A stretch of DNA of 64,000 nt, taken from the NCBI GenBank assembly GCA_964106915.2, contig OZ066919.1. One strand, written 5' to 3'. The position numbers were made by a program, and so were the translations under genes. The notes under the pieces are model-generated. The model saw nothing but the letters and a program-made list of their open reading frames with translations, did not search any database and was not told the DNA's origin. This document shows, in pieces, positions 47,384 to 59,721 of the stretch; within the stretch, counting starts at the first letter, position 1, and each line of letters opens with the position of its first letter. Source of the stretch: Podarcis gaigeae. Taxonomy: Eukaryota.

Positions 47384-47418
<35 letters not shown>

Positions 47419-47736
47419 TTATTATTTGTACCCCGCCCATCTGGCTGGGTTTCCCCAGCCACTCTGGGCGGCTTCCAACAAAGATGAAAAATACACTAAA
47501 ATGTCACAGATTAAAAACTTCCCTGAACAGGGCTGCCTTCAGATGTCTTCTGAATGTCAGGTAGTTGTTTATCGCTTTGACATCTGATGGGAGGGCGTTC
47601 CACAGGGCGGGCGCCACTACCAAGAAGGCCCTCTGCCTGGTTCCCTGTAACTTGGCCTCTCGCAGTGAGGGAACTGCCAGAAGGCCCTCGGAGCTGGACC
47701 TCTGTGTCCGGGCAGAACGATGGGGGAGGAGACACT
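47384..47736 (-). mobile_element. Young L2 LINE 3' end running into the assembly gap
   Basis: (aat)n tail; minus-strand GTRQRAFLVVAPALWNALPSDVK..FRRHLKAALFREVF; near-identical to the 56.3-56.5 kb tail. Confidence 0.88.
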
Positions 47737-47953
47737 NNNNNNNNNNNNNNNNNNNNNNNNNNNNNNNNNNNNNNNNNNNNNNNNNNNNNNNNNNNNNNNN
47801 NNNNNNNNNNNNNNNNNNNNNNNNNNNNNNNNNNNNNNNNNNNNNNNNNNNNNNNNNNNNNNNNNNNNNNNNNNNNNNNNNNNNNNNNNNNNNNNNNNNN
47901 NNNNNNNNNNNNNNNNNNNNNNNNNNNNNNNNNNNNNNNNNNNNNNNNNNNNN
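47737..47953. other. Assembly gap (217 N)
   Basis: Run of n. Confidence 1.
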
Positions 47954-48156
47954 CGCTTTATCACTACCCGAAGGAGTCTCAAAGCAGCTAACATTCTCTT
48001 TTCCCTTCCTCCCCAACAACAAACACTCTGTGAGGTGAGTGGGGCTGAGAGACTTCAAAGAAGTGTGACTGGCCCAAGGTCACCCAGCAGCTGCATGTGG
48101 AGGAGCCGAGAGGCGAACCCGGTTCATCAGATTATGAGTCTACCACTCTTAACCAC
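47954..48156 (-). mobile_element. CORE-SINE (MIR-like / Squam3-type)
   Basis: caacaaacactctgtgaggtgagtggggctgagagac..gtgactggcccaaggtcacccagcagctgcatgtggaggag..gaacccggttc..ctcttaaccact. Confidence 0.75.
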
Positions 48157-48319
48157 TTCCCCTTTTCTGAGTCCATACCCTGTTTAAACTGCAATCCTAA
48201 ACACACTTACATGGGTGTAAATCGCAATGAGACTTACTTCCAAGTAAAGATGTTTAGGATTGTACTGTTAGTCATCCAAGACATATAATCAGCCAGCTAT
48301 TGTGCTTATGAAGGCCAAA

Positions 48320-48770
48320 TTTATTTATTTATTCTATTCAGCATAATTTATATACTACATGATTGTCAGCAAACCTCTTAGCAGAATACAAAAGAATATT
48401 TAAATTGTCAATAAACCAGTTAAAAACTATTAGAATTATTTGAAGATAATTAAAATTAAAGGAAAAAAAGATTAAAACACATTGGCATCTACTGTACATG
48501 CTTACATGTTTTTAGCAGGCACCAAAAAAATAATAATAATACAGTGAAGTGGCCTTCCTGATGTCCATTGACAGGGAGTTCCAAAGTTTAGGTGCTAAAA
48601 GACCTGTTTTCTTACAACTGCATAAATGAGTGTTCCATAGTGGTTGAATGGGCACATATGGGTCAAGCAAACCTGCAAGTAAACAATTTATGATCTTATA
48701 TACCAAAAGGAACACATTGAACTTGGCTTGGTAACAAGTTGGCAACCAGTGCAGATGTTTATGCTATGTT
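48320..48770 (-). mobile_element. Old decayed L2 fragment
   Basis: Minus-strand LPTCYQAKFNVFLLVYKIIN..APKLWNSLSMDIR resembles the L2 ORF2 C-terminus. Confidence 0.55.
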
Positions 48771-49594
48771 CCTTAATGCGTGAATTTTCACGAAGATTTG
48801 GCAACTTTGGAGAACTGCAGCACAAAACTTAGAGAACTGTTTGCCTATTGTGACTTTAACAACAAACTATGGTGTAGGTGTTCAATAAATAAGCAGTCTT
48901 TCGTTAGTCAATCTAGCCTTACTATTTTACATTCTATGGATCTGTTCTGGATCTAAACTCAGCCCTGGTTGTAAAATGAGCATGTATCTTTCCCCCCTAA
49001 TATCATTCCTGTTACCTTCTTTTCTAAATGCAAACATCATCTTTGTGAGTGCCAGATCTATCCAGATATACTTTTGTGCTTCTCCGGGTGCTTTATCTTG
49101 TTATTTGGACCTCTCAATCGTGTTTTTTTAATCCATTTTTATTATTTCTTGTAAGCTGCCCGGAGAACTTTATGTAAAAGGGTGGCATACAAATGAAGAA
49201 AATAAATAAACTTTAGAAACCCAGGAAACCAAGTGGCTATTCAGATGCACCCACAAAACATGAAATAAACACACATTATTCCTACCAACCAAATAATAAA
49301 TTGGAGATTGTGGCCAGAATACTGAAATTGTACCCTATAAGAAGGCAAAACACCAAAGTTAATTATTATGCACTGCTATTGTCTAGTTAAGATGCAAGGA
49401 AGGTTTGCAAAAGGGGTGGTGTAACTTCAACTCTCAATGAAATAAAGGGAAAGCTCCATACAACCCCTCCTCTCCTCATCTTTTCCCATCCTGCCCCCCA
49501 GAGCAGCAACAAAGGAGAGTCCAATTAACTTTGTGGCCGAACTGACCATGATGCTATCCCTAGAAGTATAAAAGTTCCAGCTAGCAAACACACC

Positions 49595-49800
49595 ATGGTT
49601 GGACTGTTGGATTAGGACCTGGGAGACCAGAGTTTGAATCCCTGCTCAGTCCATTAAGGTTACTTTGGGCAAGTCACTGTATCTCAGCTTTACCTTGATC
49701 ACACAGTTGATGTGGTGATAAAATGGGAAGGGGTCATGTACCCCACCTTGAGCTCCTTAGAGAAAAGGAGGGATATAAATGTGATATATAAAATAAAAAC
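49595..49800 (+). mobile_element. Old CORE-SINE (MIR-like)
   Basis: ttggattaggacctgggagaccagagtttgaatcc..actttgggcaagtcactgtatctcagc..gataaaatggga..gggatataaat. Confidence 0.6.
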
Positions 49801-50208
49801 CTTAGGTGGGAACTACAGTAATGCAAAGGGCACTTTGACACCCCAAAGGAGCAATCTGAACAATTTTCCAGGGATCAACTGTTCAAACAAAGCGCATTCA
49901 GAACTGCCTTTTGGAAACATCACTTTTTCCAGGAACACTGCCTAGCTCTGCCTGTTTGTCTAGCAAAAGGTTGCTAGTCCTTGGGCTGGGCTGCCTGGCA
50001 TATCAAATTTCTGTCTAGGGAGGGCCGGACCTTGTGGCTGCAGGTATTTATTGCTGCCCTCCTCTACCTTGTGCCTGGGATCTGGTGAAATGGGAGGCAC
50101 CATGATCTAAGGCATATCTCAATGTGTAGGCAGGGTGGATTTTGTTAGCTTTCTTAATCAACTATCACCATGTATTAACTATGGTATGCCTTCTGTCCTT
50201 GGCTAATA

Positions 50209-50437
50209 CAGTGGTACCTCGGGTTACGAACTTAATTCATTCCGGAGGTCCATTCTTAACCCAAAACCATTCTTAACCTGAGGCACGCTTTAGCTAATGG
50301 GGCCTCCCGCTGCCACCGCGCTGCCAGCATGCGATTTCCATTCTCATCCTGGGGCAAAGTTTGTAACCCAAGGTACTACTTCCGGGTTAGCGGAGTTTGT
50401 TTGTAACCTGAAGTGTTTGTAACCCGAGGTACCACTG
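50209..50437. mobile_element. Tc1/mariner-type MITE
   Basis: CAGTGGTACCTCGGGTTAC / GTAACCCGAGGTACCACTG, TA TSD. Confidence 0.9.
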
Positions 50438-50509
50438 TATAGTGTATATACAAGGAAAGGGATCTTATGAGAAATGTTGGCTAGTTCAAGTGTGCATCAA
50501 CTATGGAAA

Positions 50510-51250
50510 AAAATCAGCTTCCATATTAAGGGATCATTAGGACAGGGATTGAAAACAAAATTACCACCATCGTAGTGGTGTTATACAAATCTATGGTGTG
50601 GCTACAGTTGGACTATTATGTGAATTTCTTGTTTCTACACTTCAAAAACAACTTTGTAGAGATGGGAAAGGTTCAGAATAGGGAAACAAAAATGATTACA
50701 GGGCTGAAGCAACTCCCCTATGAGAAAAGGTTTATTTGGGGTTTCTAAAAAGGTGATTAAGGGAGCAGGACATGGCAGAGGTGATTAAGATTATTCACAG
50801 TATTGAGAAAGTGGATAGAGAGACATTTCTCTCTCCCCCCCTCCACCTTACATAATATTAGGAGCCAGCCAGTGATACTGAATGTTAGACAATCTGAGAC
50901 AAAAAAGGTACTTCTTTACATAGTATGTAGTTGAGCCATTGAATTTTCTTCTGCAAGATGTAGTGATGGCCACCAACTTGGACTGCTTTAAAAGTGGATT
51001 TGGTCAATTCCTGGAGACTAAGGGAACAATAACTACTAGCCACTAACCATTAGGGCTGTGTTCTCCAATTATTATCAGAAGTAGTATTCCTCTGAATACA
51101 AGTTGCTGGAGACACAAGGCAGGAGAGTGCTCCTGTGTTCCTATCCTGCTTGGGGCTTCCCATAGGCCTCTGGTTGACCACGGTGAGAACAAGATGCTGG
51201 ACTAGATGAGCCACTGGTCTGACCCAGCAAATCTCTTCTTATGTTCTTTT
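50510..51250 (+). mobile_element. Old CR1 LINE 3' fragment
   Basis: Decayed LYKSMV..LDYYV.F..KVQNR.TKMITGL.QLPYEKR; 3' end gctggactagatgagccactggtctgacccagc..tcttatgttctt. Confidence 0.75.
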
Positions 51251-51687
51251 GTTCTTCAGCTCCAGCAATCTTAGCATATTCTCACTCTGATCCATTCCCT
51301 ATTTATTTTGTCCAGGCTAATCCATGAATGTCCAAGTCTTGTGTGTGGTCCGCCTGCTGCAGCCTGTGGAGCACATCACTGATCTGCCTTTGTTTTTGTT
51401 TTTCTTAGACCATTAACAGAAACTTTAAAAACCATTTCAACTAGGACTTGCTTTCTGCCAACCAAAACAACATTGCAAAGTACATAAGAACAAAAAAAAA
51501 GTCCACTGTTTTTATTGCTAGCTTGCCCTGCCTCTCTGAGAAGAAACTGGCTCACTTCTTTCCATCCTAAGAACATGCATCCCTTTGTCATTCAGGCCTC
51601 TCCTTGAAAAGATTATAAACCACACCACAGTGCCATTCACTGTTCAGTTTATGTAGTCATGCACTTGTATATGCTTATGTATATTTA

Positions 51688-51775
51688 ACAACAACAACAA
51701 CAACAACAACAATAATTTTATTGTCTATATGCCACCCATCTGGCTGGGTTGCCCCAGCCACGCTGGGCAGCTTTC
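51688..51775 (-). mobile_element. Short L2 3' tail with (AAC)n
   Basis: ccacccatctggctgggttgccccagccacgctgggcagct after (aac)n. Confidence 0.7.
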
Positions 51776-52155
51776 ATGCACCTCAGAATGCTTTACCAGG
51801 ATCACACCCATAACCATTCTGGCTTCAGTGCATTATATATGGTAAGATTCCCCCATCCCCTTGCATAAAACATGCCCCAAATTATATAGCCCCAATCCTT
51901 AATCATCTTCATTCTTCCCGTTGTCAGCCAGCATTTAAAGTGTCTTGAAAGATAAACAAGTATTTGTAAAGCGCTTTGTTTTTGCTCCACATCTGTCACA
52001 GCACATTTGCCCTTAGGGTGTCCATTCAGCACAAACATTTAGCACGTGATGGAAACTGTAACTTCCATTCTAATTATGGATCAGTAAGAGATAGAATGCA
52101 CAAAAACTGAGTTTCCATGGCACTAGCAGCTTCAGCAAGTGTCTAAAGCTTAGAT

Positions 52156-52290
52156 CAGGCTTCCTCAACCTTGGCCCTCCAGATGTTTTTGGCCTACAAC
52201 TCCCATGATCCCAACTAGCAGGACCAGTGGTCAGGGATGATGGGAATTGTAGTCTCAAAACATCTGGAGGGCCGAGGTTGAGGAAGCCTG
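52156..52290. mobile_element. hAT-type MITE (same family as 18253-18388)
   Basis: CAGGCTTCCTCAACCT...AGGTTGAGGAAGCCTG with perfect 8-bp TSD gcttagat. Confidence 0.92.
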
Positions 52291-52578
52291 GCTTAGATAT
52301 TCTAAGCATCATGAGTCCAGGAAGTGGTTAACACCTCACTAAATGAGTGAGTTATGCCCATCACCTTGAAATAGGCAGTGGTATAAGCCCTCCTGAGGCA
52401 GCTCTCCCTGGACTCAAAGGTTTTAGAAAACTATCATCCAATTTCTATAAATCTCATCATGGATAATGTGATTGAGAGGGTGGTGGCCATGCTGCTGCAG
52501 GTGCATCCAGCCCCATTCCAGTTTGGTTTCTGGGTATTTTTGGGCACTGAAACAGCTTTGGTCACCCTGACCAATAAC

Positions 52579-52715
52579 CAATAGCGTAGCATGGGTTGTC
52601 AGCACCCGGGGCAAGGCAAGTAATTTGTGCCCCCTTACCCGTGGATTTGCGCCCCCTAACCCTAACCCCCAGATGTTGCGGCCGGCCCCCCCTGCACCCC
52701 CACGCTACGCCACTG
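52579..52715. mobile_element. Short hAT-type non-autonomous element
   Basis: TIRs caatagcgtagcatggg / cccacgctacgccactg; perfect 8-bp TSD ccaataac. Confidence 0.85.
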
Positions 52716-52929
52716 CCAATAACCTTTATCAGGAGGGAGACAGGGGTAATGCAGCTCAGCTGGTTCTTCTTAATCTCTTAGTGGCTTTCACAATTGGCCA
52801 CAGAATCCTGGGGTTCGGAGCTGGAGGCACTGTATTATTAGTTGCAGGGTAGCACTTGCAAACTGCTGTTCAGTCCGATGGCTTTTTGAGCTATGAGGTC
52901 CCTTAGGAGTATATTCTGTCTTCCATGCT

Positions 52930-53460
52930 ATCCAACATCTATATGAAACTGTTGGGGGCTGTAATTTGGGGATATGGAGAATGATGTCATTACTATGCTG
53001 ATGACAAACAGCTCTATCTCTCCATTGCATCTGAATGAGGGAATGCTATGAACGTGTTGGACCGGTGCCTGGAAGCAGTGATGGTGGCCAATAAATTTAA
53101 ACTGAATCCTCATAAAAAGAAGGTGCCATGGGTGGCCAGTTCTCAGATAACCTTCTCTGGGAGGGGTTCCACTATCCCTGAATGAAAAGGTTGACATCTG
53201 GAAGTATTCCTAGATTCGAATCAGAAATTGCAGTCAGAAATGGCCTCCGTGGCTTATGCTCAGCTTAGACTGCTTTACCAGCTACTACCATTCCTGGGTC
53301 AGAATTGCCTGGCCTCAGTAGGCCTCAGTAGTCTAGTGACCTCCCATCTGGATGGCTGCAGTGTGCTCTGTGTGAGGCTTCTCTTGAAAATGCTTCAGAA
53401 ACTGCAGCTAGTGCAGAATGCGGTTGCCAGCTTGGTGAATGGGGTAGCCCAATGTCCCCA
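52930..53460 (+). mobile_element. Old decayed L2 RT/C-terminal fragment
   Basis: Remnants CHYYADD..LYL, LKLNPHK, AYAQLRLLYQL..LVTSHLD..LQKLQLVQNAVA. Confidence 0.7.
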
Positions 53461-54568
53461 AGCAAGAGATGGTGGGCATATGGTACTGTGCCATCAAACA
53501 AGTGTTATGTAGGGAGAGAATGTCCGTTTAAGGAAGGCACATTAGGAGACAATAATTTTGACCTAAAGTACCAGTTTACAGGAAATATCTCTTATGCATG
53601 CCCCCTATTGCAATTAATGGGATTTTGCACAAGTTTCAGTTCATTTTGATGAAATTTTGAATTATCTGGAGAATTTATCAGGTTCTTTCTGAGGAACAGG
53701 GGGAACTGCACATATTTTCTTCTTCAGGTACCCAAATATGCTGAATCTGGGAATAATCTGGGGGGAAATAGATGGATAGATGAATAGACAGATAGATCTG
53801 CTATACAGAATAAAGGTAATGTAACATGAACAAAAAAGAAATAACAATAATCTATATTCACTTAATACAATTAATACTTACAATATAAATGAGAAAAGGC
53901 ACAACAACAACAACAGCAACAGCAACACAGAAAACAACATGGTTCATAGTATCAGGATATTATTCCAGAAGTTGATCAACAAAAAACATTTTCCTATAAA
54001 CCTACCTGAGACTTTCAGTAACTCCTTGTATAATATTGTGAGTAGCTATCACCCTTATTTTTAAAGTCATTAGAAATTGGAGTGATTTGTGAAATTTTCC
54101 AGTGATAACAGTAATAGATATTTATTTGACAAACGAATGTTTAAATCTCGCTCTGTAGCAGGCCAAACAATACCTTACCAATATATTCTTGTTCTTCTTC
54201 TACTGTTTGGTCAGCTTTATGCCAATCATAAAGAAAAGTCAATTTCACTGGTACATGATAATACCATGTGATGTTTGGGAATTCAAAACCCTCCTCTTAA
54301 ATGTTTATAATAAAACGTTCTAGCTGAGAGGCTTATTTAACTAATGACATTCATAATAATCTCTTGTCATTGATTCTGGAAGTGTTTGATCCACACCTGG
54401 GGGTGCCTGAAAGTTATAGTATTGACATTCTAGAGCCACATTTTCCCCTTGATAATAGCTACGAACCACAATATTATGAATTGTATTGAGGTAAGCTTTA
54501 TTCAGAGGAGACCCATTGAAATGAATGGACCTAAGTTAATCATTTCAATGTGTCTACTCTAAGTAAAA

Positions 54569-54925
54569 GGGACGCGGGTGGTGCTGTGGGTAAAACCTCA
54601 GCGCCTAGGACCTGCCGATCGCATGGTCGGCGGTTTGAATCCCCGCGGCGGGGTGCCCTCCCGTTGCTTGGTCCCAGCGCCTGCCAACCTAGCAGTTCGA
54701 AAGCACCCTTAAGTGCAGGTAGATAAATAGGGACCACTTACCAGCGGGAAGGTAAACGGCGTTCCGTGTGCTGCGCTGGCTCGCCAGATGCAGCTTGTCA
54801 CGCTGGCCACGTGACCCGGAAGTGTCTGTGGACAGCGCTGGCTCCTGGCCTATAGAGTGAGATGAGCGCACAACCCTAGAGTCTGACAAGACTGGCCCAT
54901 ACGGGCAGGGGTACCTCTACCTTTT
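54569..54925 (+). mobile_element. Sauria SINE nested in an older palindromic repeat
   Basis: GGGACGCGGGTGGTGCTGTGGG head, acctctaccttt tail, 14-bp TSD tactctaagtaaaa. Confidence 0.92.
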
Positions 54926-55646
54926 TACTCTAAGTAAAAGTTAGTAGACTACAACCCTATGTTACTGTTTTCTCGTTTGGTTATAACCCAGTTTCTCTGC
55001 TTGCTGCCAAGCAAGTGCCTGCGTGTCTGGTTCTGCCTTGCATAATCTTGCAACAATGTGAGCAGCAGTCATTGCCATGAAAGATACCCTACGCTGGAAT
55101 TCTTGCAGTGAGACTACTTGATACATTCCCCAGGGAATGTAAGGCCTTGCTCAGTCACTTCCTTTATTCTACTGGAACCAAGGCGTTCAGGTCTGTTATT
55201 TGATTTGTTTTATGTTACATTTATGGGGAATCTCCTCACTTCCTTGCCCACAGCATTCTGCTCTCAAATTAAAGGCAGCTTGTCCTCTGCTCGCTGCAAT
55301 TGAGCAATACAGTCCTCCTGGGAAATCTCTGTGGCTTTCAGGTATTATTAGACGAGTCATGTGAAAGCAGCTCCTCGGGAATTGCCACATCTGCGCTGGC
55401 ATGTTATATTCTGCCCCATCCATGTTCTGAGCTCAGCTGCCTGTAAATTAGGCTTTGCTAATGGCTTTGTTCTCTTTGCCGTGCAGGCAGTCAATGACAG
55501 CGAAAGCCACTCAATGCCACACTAAGCAACATGAGAGGAAAACTTTCGTCAGACTTAGGAGTGGCTGTGACATCCACCCAATTTGTCATGAGCTTGGTAG
55601 GAGCAGAGAGAGCAAGGAAATAGGATTTTGGTAGAAGGCCAATATG

Positions 55647-55933
55647 GGCCCCATCTGCACCATACATTTAAAGCACTTTTAACAGTTTATAGTTTGTATA
55701 GGGTACTAAGGAGACCCCTATCCCCCTCACAGAGCTTCAGTTGTCAGAGTGGTTAACAGCCAATTCCTCTTCCCAGGGAACTCTGGGAATTGTGGCTCTG
55801 TAAGGGGAATAGGGGGCTTCCTAACAACTCTCAACCCCATTAGTAAACTATGGTATCCAGGATTTGTTTGGTGGAAATCATGGCTATTTAAAGCGGTATG
55901 ATACTGCTTTAAATGCACAGTCCAGATGAGGCC
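55647..55933. mobile_element. Non-autonomous DNA transposon (MITE)
   Basis: Imperfect TIRs ggccccatctgcaccatacatttaaagca / tgctttaaatgcacagtccagatgaggcc. Confidence 0.65.
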
Positions 55934-56307
55934 ATGCTGTTTCAGTTCAAGTTGGTTCCACACCAGCTCACACTTTTGTGGCACGCTGACTTCATACCAC
56001 TGTGCAAGACAGGTGATACCTTGGAGCTGACAACATTAGGGCCCTATCTTTATTGTCCAAAACCTGCACAACTTTGAGGACTCAGTTGTAGCATGTATTT
56101 AATTCCTTAAAAAATCTGTAAATTCAAAAATGTATACCCTTTCTCCTAGCTTGTGGAAGACAACAAACCAATATTAATTATTACGCAGAGCAATATCAGT
56201 GTTCTGGTGGTTGTGATGGTTGTTTACATGACCTACCCAAGTAGGGGACAGCACAATCATTTTGCCTAAATTGCATACACAATGCTTATTCCAAACTGGA
56301 ACTGTGA

Positions 56308-57040
56308 AATAATAATAATAATAATAATTTATTATTTATACCCCGCCCATCTGGCTGGGCCTCCCCAGCCACTCTGGGCGGCTTCCATAAAAACCAAAAA
56401 TACAGTAAAATATCACACGTTAAAAACTTCCCTGAACAGGGCTGCCTTAAGATGTCTTCTGAATGTCAGGTAGTTGTTTATCGCTTTGACATCTGCTCAC
56501 TGGTTCTGATTTAAAAGAGAGGTAGAGCTGGGTATCATCTGCATACTGATGAACACCCAGCCCAAACCTCCTGATGATCTCTCCCAGCGGCTGCATGTAA
56601 ATATTGAAAAGCATGGGGGAGAGGACAGAACCCTGAGGCACCCCACAAGTGAGAGCCCAGGGGTCTGAACACTCATCCCCCACCACCACTTTCTGAACAC
56701 GGCCCAGGAGGAAGGAGCGGAACCACTGTAGGACAGTGCCCCCAGCTCCCAGCCGCTCAAGACGGTCCAGAAGGATGTTATGGTCGATGGTATCAAACGC
56801 CGCTGAGAGATCCAGCAGAACTAGGAAACAGCTCTCACCTTTGTCCCTAGCCCGCCGGAGATCATCAACCAGTGCGACCAAGGCAGTTTCAGTCCCATGA
56901 TGAGGCCTGAATCCCGACTGGTAGGGATCCAAATGGTCCGCTTCTTCCAGACGTGCCTGGAGTTGTTCGGCAACCGCTCGCTCTATCACCTTGCCCAAGA
57001 ATGGAAGATTTGAGACTGGGCGATAGTTGGCCATTGTGGC
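56308..57040 (-). mobile_element. Young 5'-truncated, internally deleted L2 LINE with intact RT segment
   Basis: NYRPVSNLPFLGKVIER..YQSGFRPHHGTETAL..LLDLSAAFDTIDH..GVPQGSVLSP..QYADDTQLY, fused at ~56496 directly to the L2 3' end and (AAT)n tail. Confidence 0.93.
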
Positions 57041-59355
57041 TTGCAGTTGGGCAAGTTAGGCTTCCCCCCAAAAAATGTGTCATTTTAAAGTAGGAAACCA
57101 AGAGCCACACCTATGGGGCTAAAGAAAGGACTAGGAGCTGGACTGGCTTTTGCTCTTGATTTAGGTAGCGATCCTTGTACTGACAGTTACTGTTACTGAC
57201 AGTGATGTTTCTTTTTAAGCTGGTGCTGCAAGATATTACACCATGTCTGGAATGTATCACCTTATTTGCAATTCAGAACCCTTTCTCGGGAACTAATGAC
57301 CAAGAGCACCAAGAGAAGAATGACTTTGGGGGAGCTTTGAGACAACCTGCGATTAAGCACGGCACACATTTCTCTATAACAAGGCCTAAGTCAAAGCCAG
57401 AGGTTTGGAAGAGTGTTTTCTGATGTCAGCAAATATTTTAAGCAGATGCCAGGAAGACATTTTACCAGCCTAGGCTCCTTGGTTTAGAGCGGCATCTGCA
57501 AATGTTCCCAGTAGGAAGCAACAAAACGAGGCAACTCCCATTGCAGCAAGGAATGCATGCGATGCCCCACCCCATGCTTTTATATAATCACCACTCGTAT
57601 CTTGCAGGAAGACTTTAACATTATGCTAACTTGATAATATATCACACCATATATTCTTATGGCATATAATATCACTGAGTGTTGAAAATATTTGAACGAT
57701 AAACAAGCAGGCAGGGTGGACCCTTCATGTATAGTTTTGGTCCTTAGTATTCTAAAGCAGCATCTTGAGTCTCACATTGGTGGAAACAGGGGAGCTGGAT
57801 CCTCCAATCAGGCATGGCCACCTGGGGCTGGGCACACTTCTAGAGGAAGAGTTTTGACCCCAGCCCCATGGCAGGTCAACTGGGAGAGGTTTCCAGTCTA
57901 CTCCTGGTAGATAGAAGGGGGCATGTTCTGTCTGGGAGCATGAAGAATATGTGGCAGGTAGGAAATTGAGTTTTTTTTTGTTTTTTTTGAAGAAGAAGAT
58001 TATGAAGAAGAAGGTGCTTTATTCCCAGGCTTTTCTCCACACTAGTCTTCCAAGTCAAGGTAGTGACAGGCTGAAAGGTGTGGGGAGGGGCAGAGAAACA
58101 AGGCTGGGTTTGCAATAATGAGAGCCAACGCCCAGCTTCTGAGCTGGAATGTTGGCATGAATGCCAAGAGCAATATTTTCCCCTCTCCCATAGGAATAAC
58201 ATATTGGTCTCGCTTTCGGGATGTGCTCCTTTTCAAAAGGAACTGGGGAAATTCCCAGAATGTATTCCTCTGCTTTCTGTAACTAGCCTCAGAGACCCAA
58301 CTCTTTAGGGTGGAAGCTGAGCGCGAGAATTGTTCCGAGAACTGCTGCAACGATTGTTCTCCCCTCCGCCCAAACCAGGGAAGAGTTGTAGGGAAGAGTT
58401 CTGCTGCTTCTCTCCTCTGCTGGCTTCCTCTTGCCTGGCTGAGCATGTCCTGATTGAGGGTGAAACAGAACTCACGTGGCTGCCTTGTGACACAACCTCT
58501 TGCCGATTTTATAGGATTGGCATTAGAACTTTAATTAGCTGTTTGCAAAGTGCTTGGGAATGGCCAGATGAAAAGGCAGTGTTCTGTATCCATCAAGCAG
58601 AGCGTTTTGGCTGATGAGATCAAAGATGGGAAGGAAAGTGGTGTCAGAAGGGAGTTGCTCCTGAAGCAGGCTTTTGTCTTGCAGTGTTGCATGGATGGAA
58701 GAAACAAGAGGACTCATAGATGCATCTTGGGTGGAGAATTAATTAGGAAGAATGAGGAAATTAAGCAGTCCAAGGTGGCTGTGCTGGATAACCAGCTAGC
58801 AACTGCCTAGTTCTATCTCTAGATTTCTTGAAAACCCTCTTTTCTCAAATAAAAGCACTAACCCCAATCTGGTGCCTTTTAGGTGTTTTGTACTACGGTT
58901 CCCACCTGCATGGGGCAGCATGGCTAATGATCAAGGATGATGGGTGTTGTAGTAGTCCACACCATCTGGAGGGCACCAGGATGGGGATAGCTGCCATAGT
59001 CCAAACACTGGGTTTAGCACATCATTTCCTCGCAGTCCTCACTTGCCCATCAACATCACAGAGATGAAAAATTAGTGCACTGGTTTCATGTTATACAAAC
59101 GAGAGTAAAAGTAGAACAGAAAGCAAGCTGACTGCATGACTCGCTTGCGGGAGATCTAGTAGTATATCCTGAATTAAGACTTTTGGAAAGATTAACTTGA
59201 ATATGCAGGCAACCCCAGACCAAAGCAGCTGCTACCTTTCATGGCTTTTAAGAAGCTGAAATGGTCATATGGTTGTGTGGAGGCTCTCCAGTATAAAGGC
59301 AAATGACCTGACATAGATCTGGAGCAGTTATGTTCTCTCTTTAAACCATAACTTT

Positions 59356-59721
59356 AAAAAGGTAAAGGTAAAGGTACCCCTGCCTGTACGGGCCAGTCTT
59401 GACAGACTCTGGGGTTGTGCGCCCATCTCACTTAAGAGGCCAGGGGCCAGCGCTGTCCGGAGACACTTCCGGGTCACGTGGCCAGCGTGACATCGCTGCT
59501 CTGGCGAGCCAGAGCTGCACACGGAAACACCGTTTACCTTCCCGCTAGTAAGCGGTCCCTATTTATCTACTTGCACCCGGAGGTGCTTTCGAACTGCTAG
59601 GTTGGCAGGCGCTGGGACCGAGCAACAGGAGCACACCCCGCCGCGGGGATTCAAACCGCCAACCTTTCGATCGGCAAGCCCTAGGCGCTGAGGCTTTTAC
59701 CCACAGCGCCACCCGCGTCCC
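59356..59721 (-). mobile_element. Sauria SINE, young subfamily
   Basis: Highly similar to 16711-17075; 13-bp TSD aaaccataacttt. Confidence 0.92.

Noticed and set aside
47504-48187. Long ORFs in several frames
   Set aside because: Artefacts of reading through the N gap between an L2 tail and a SINE.
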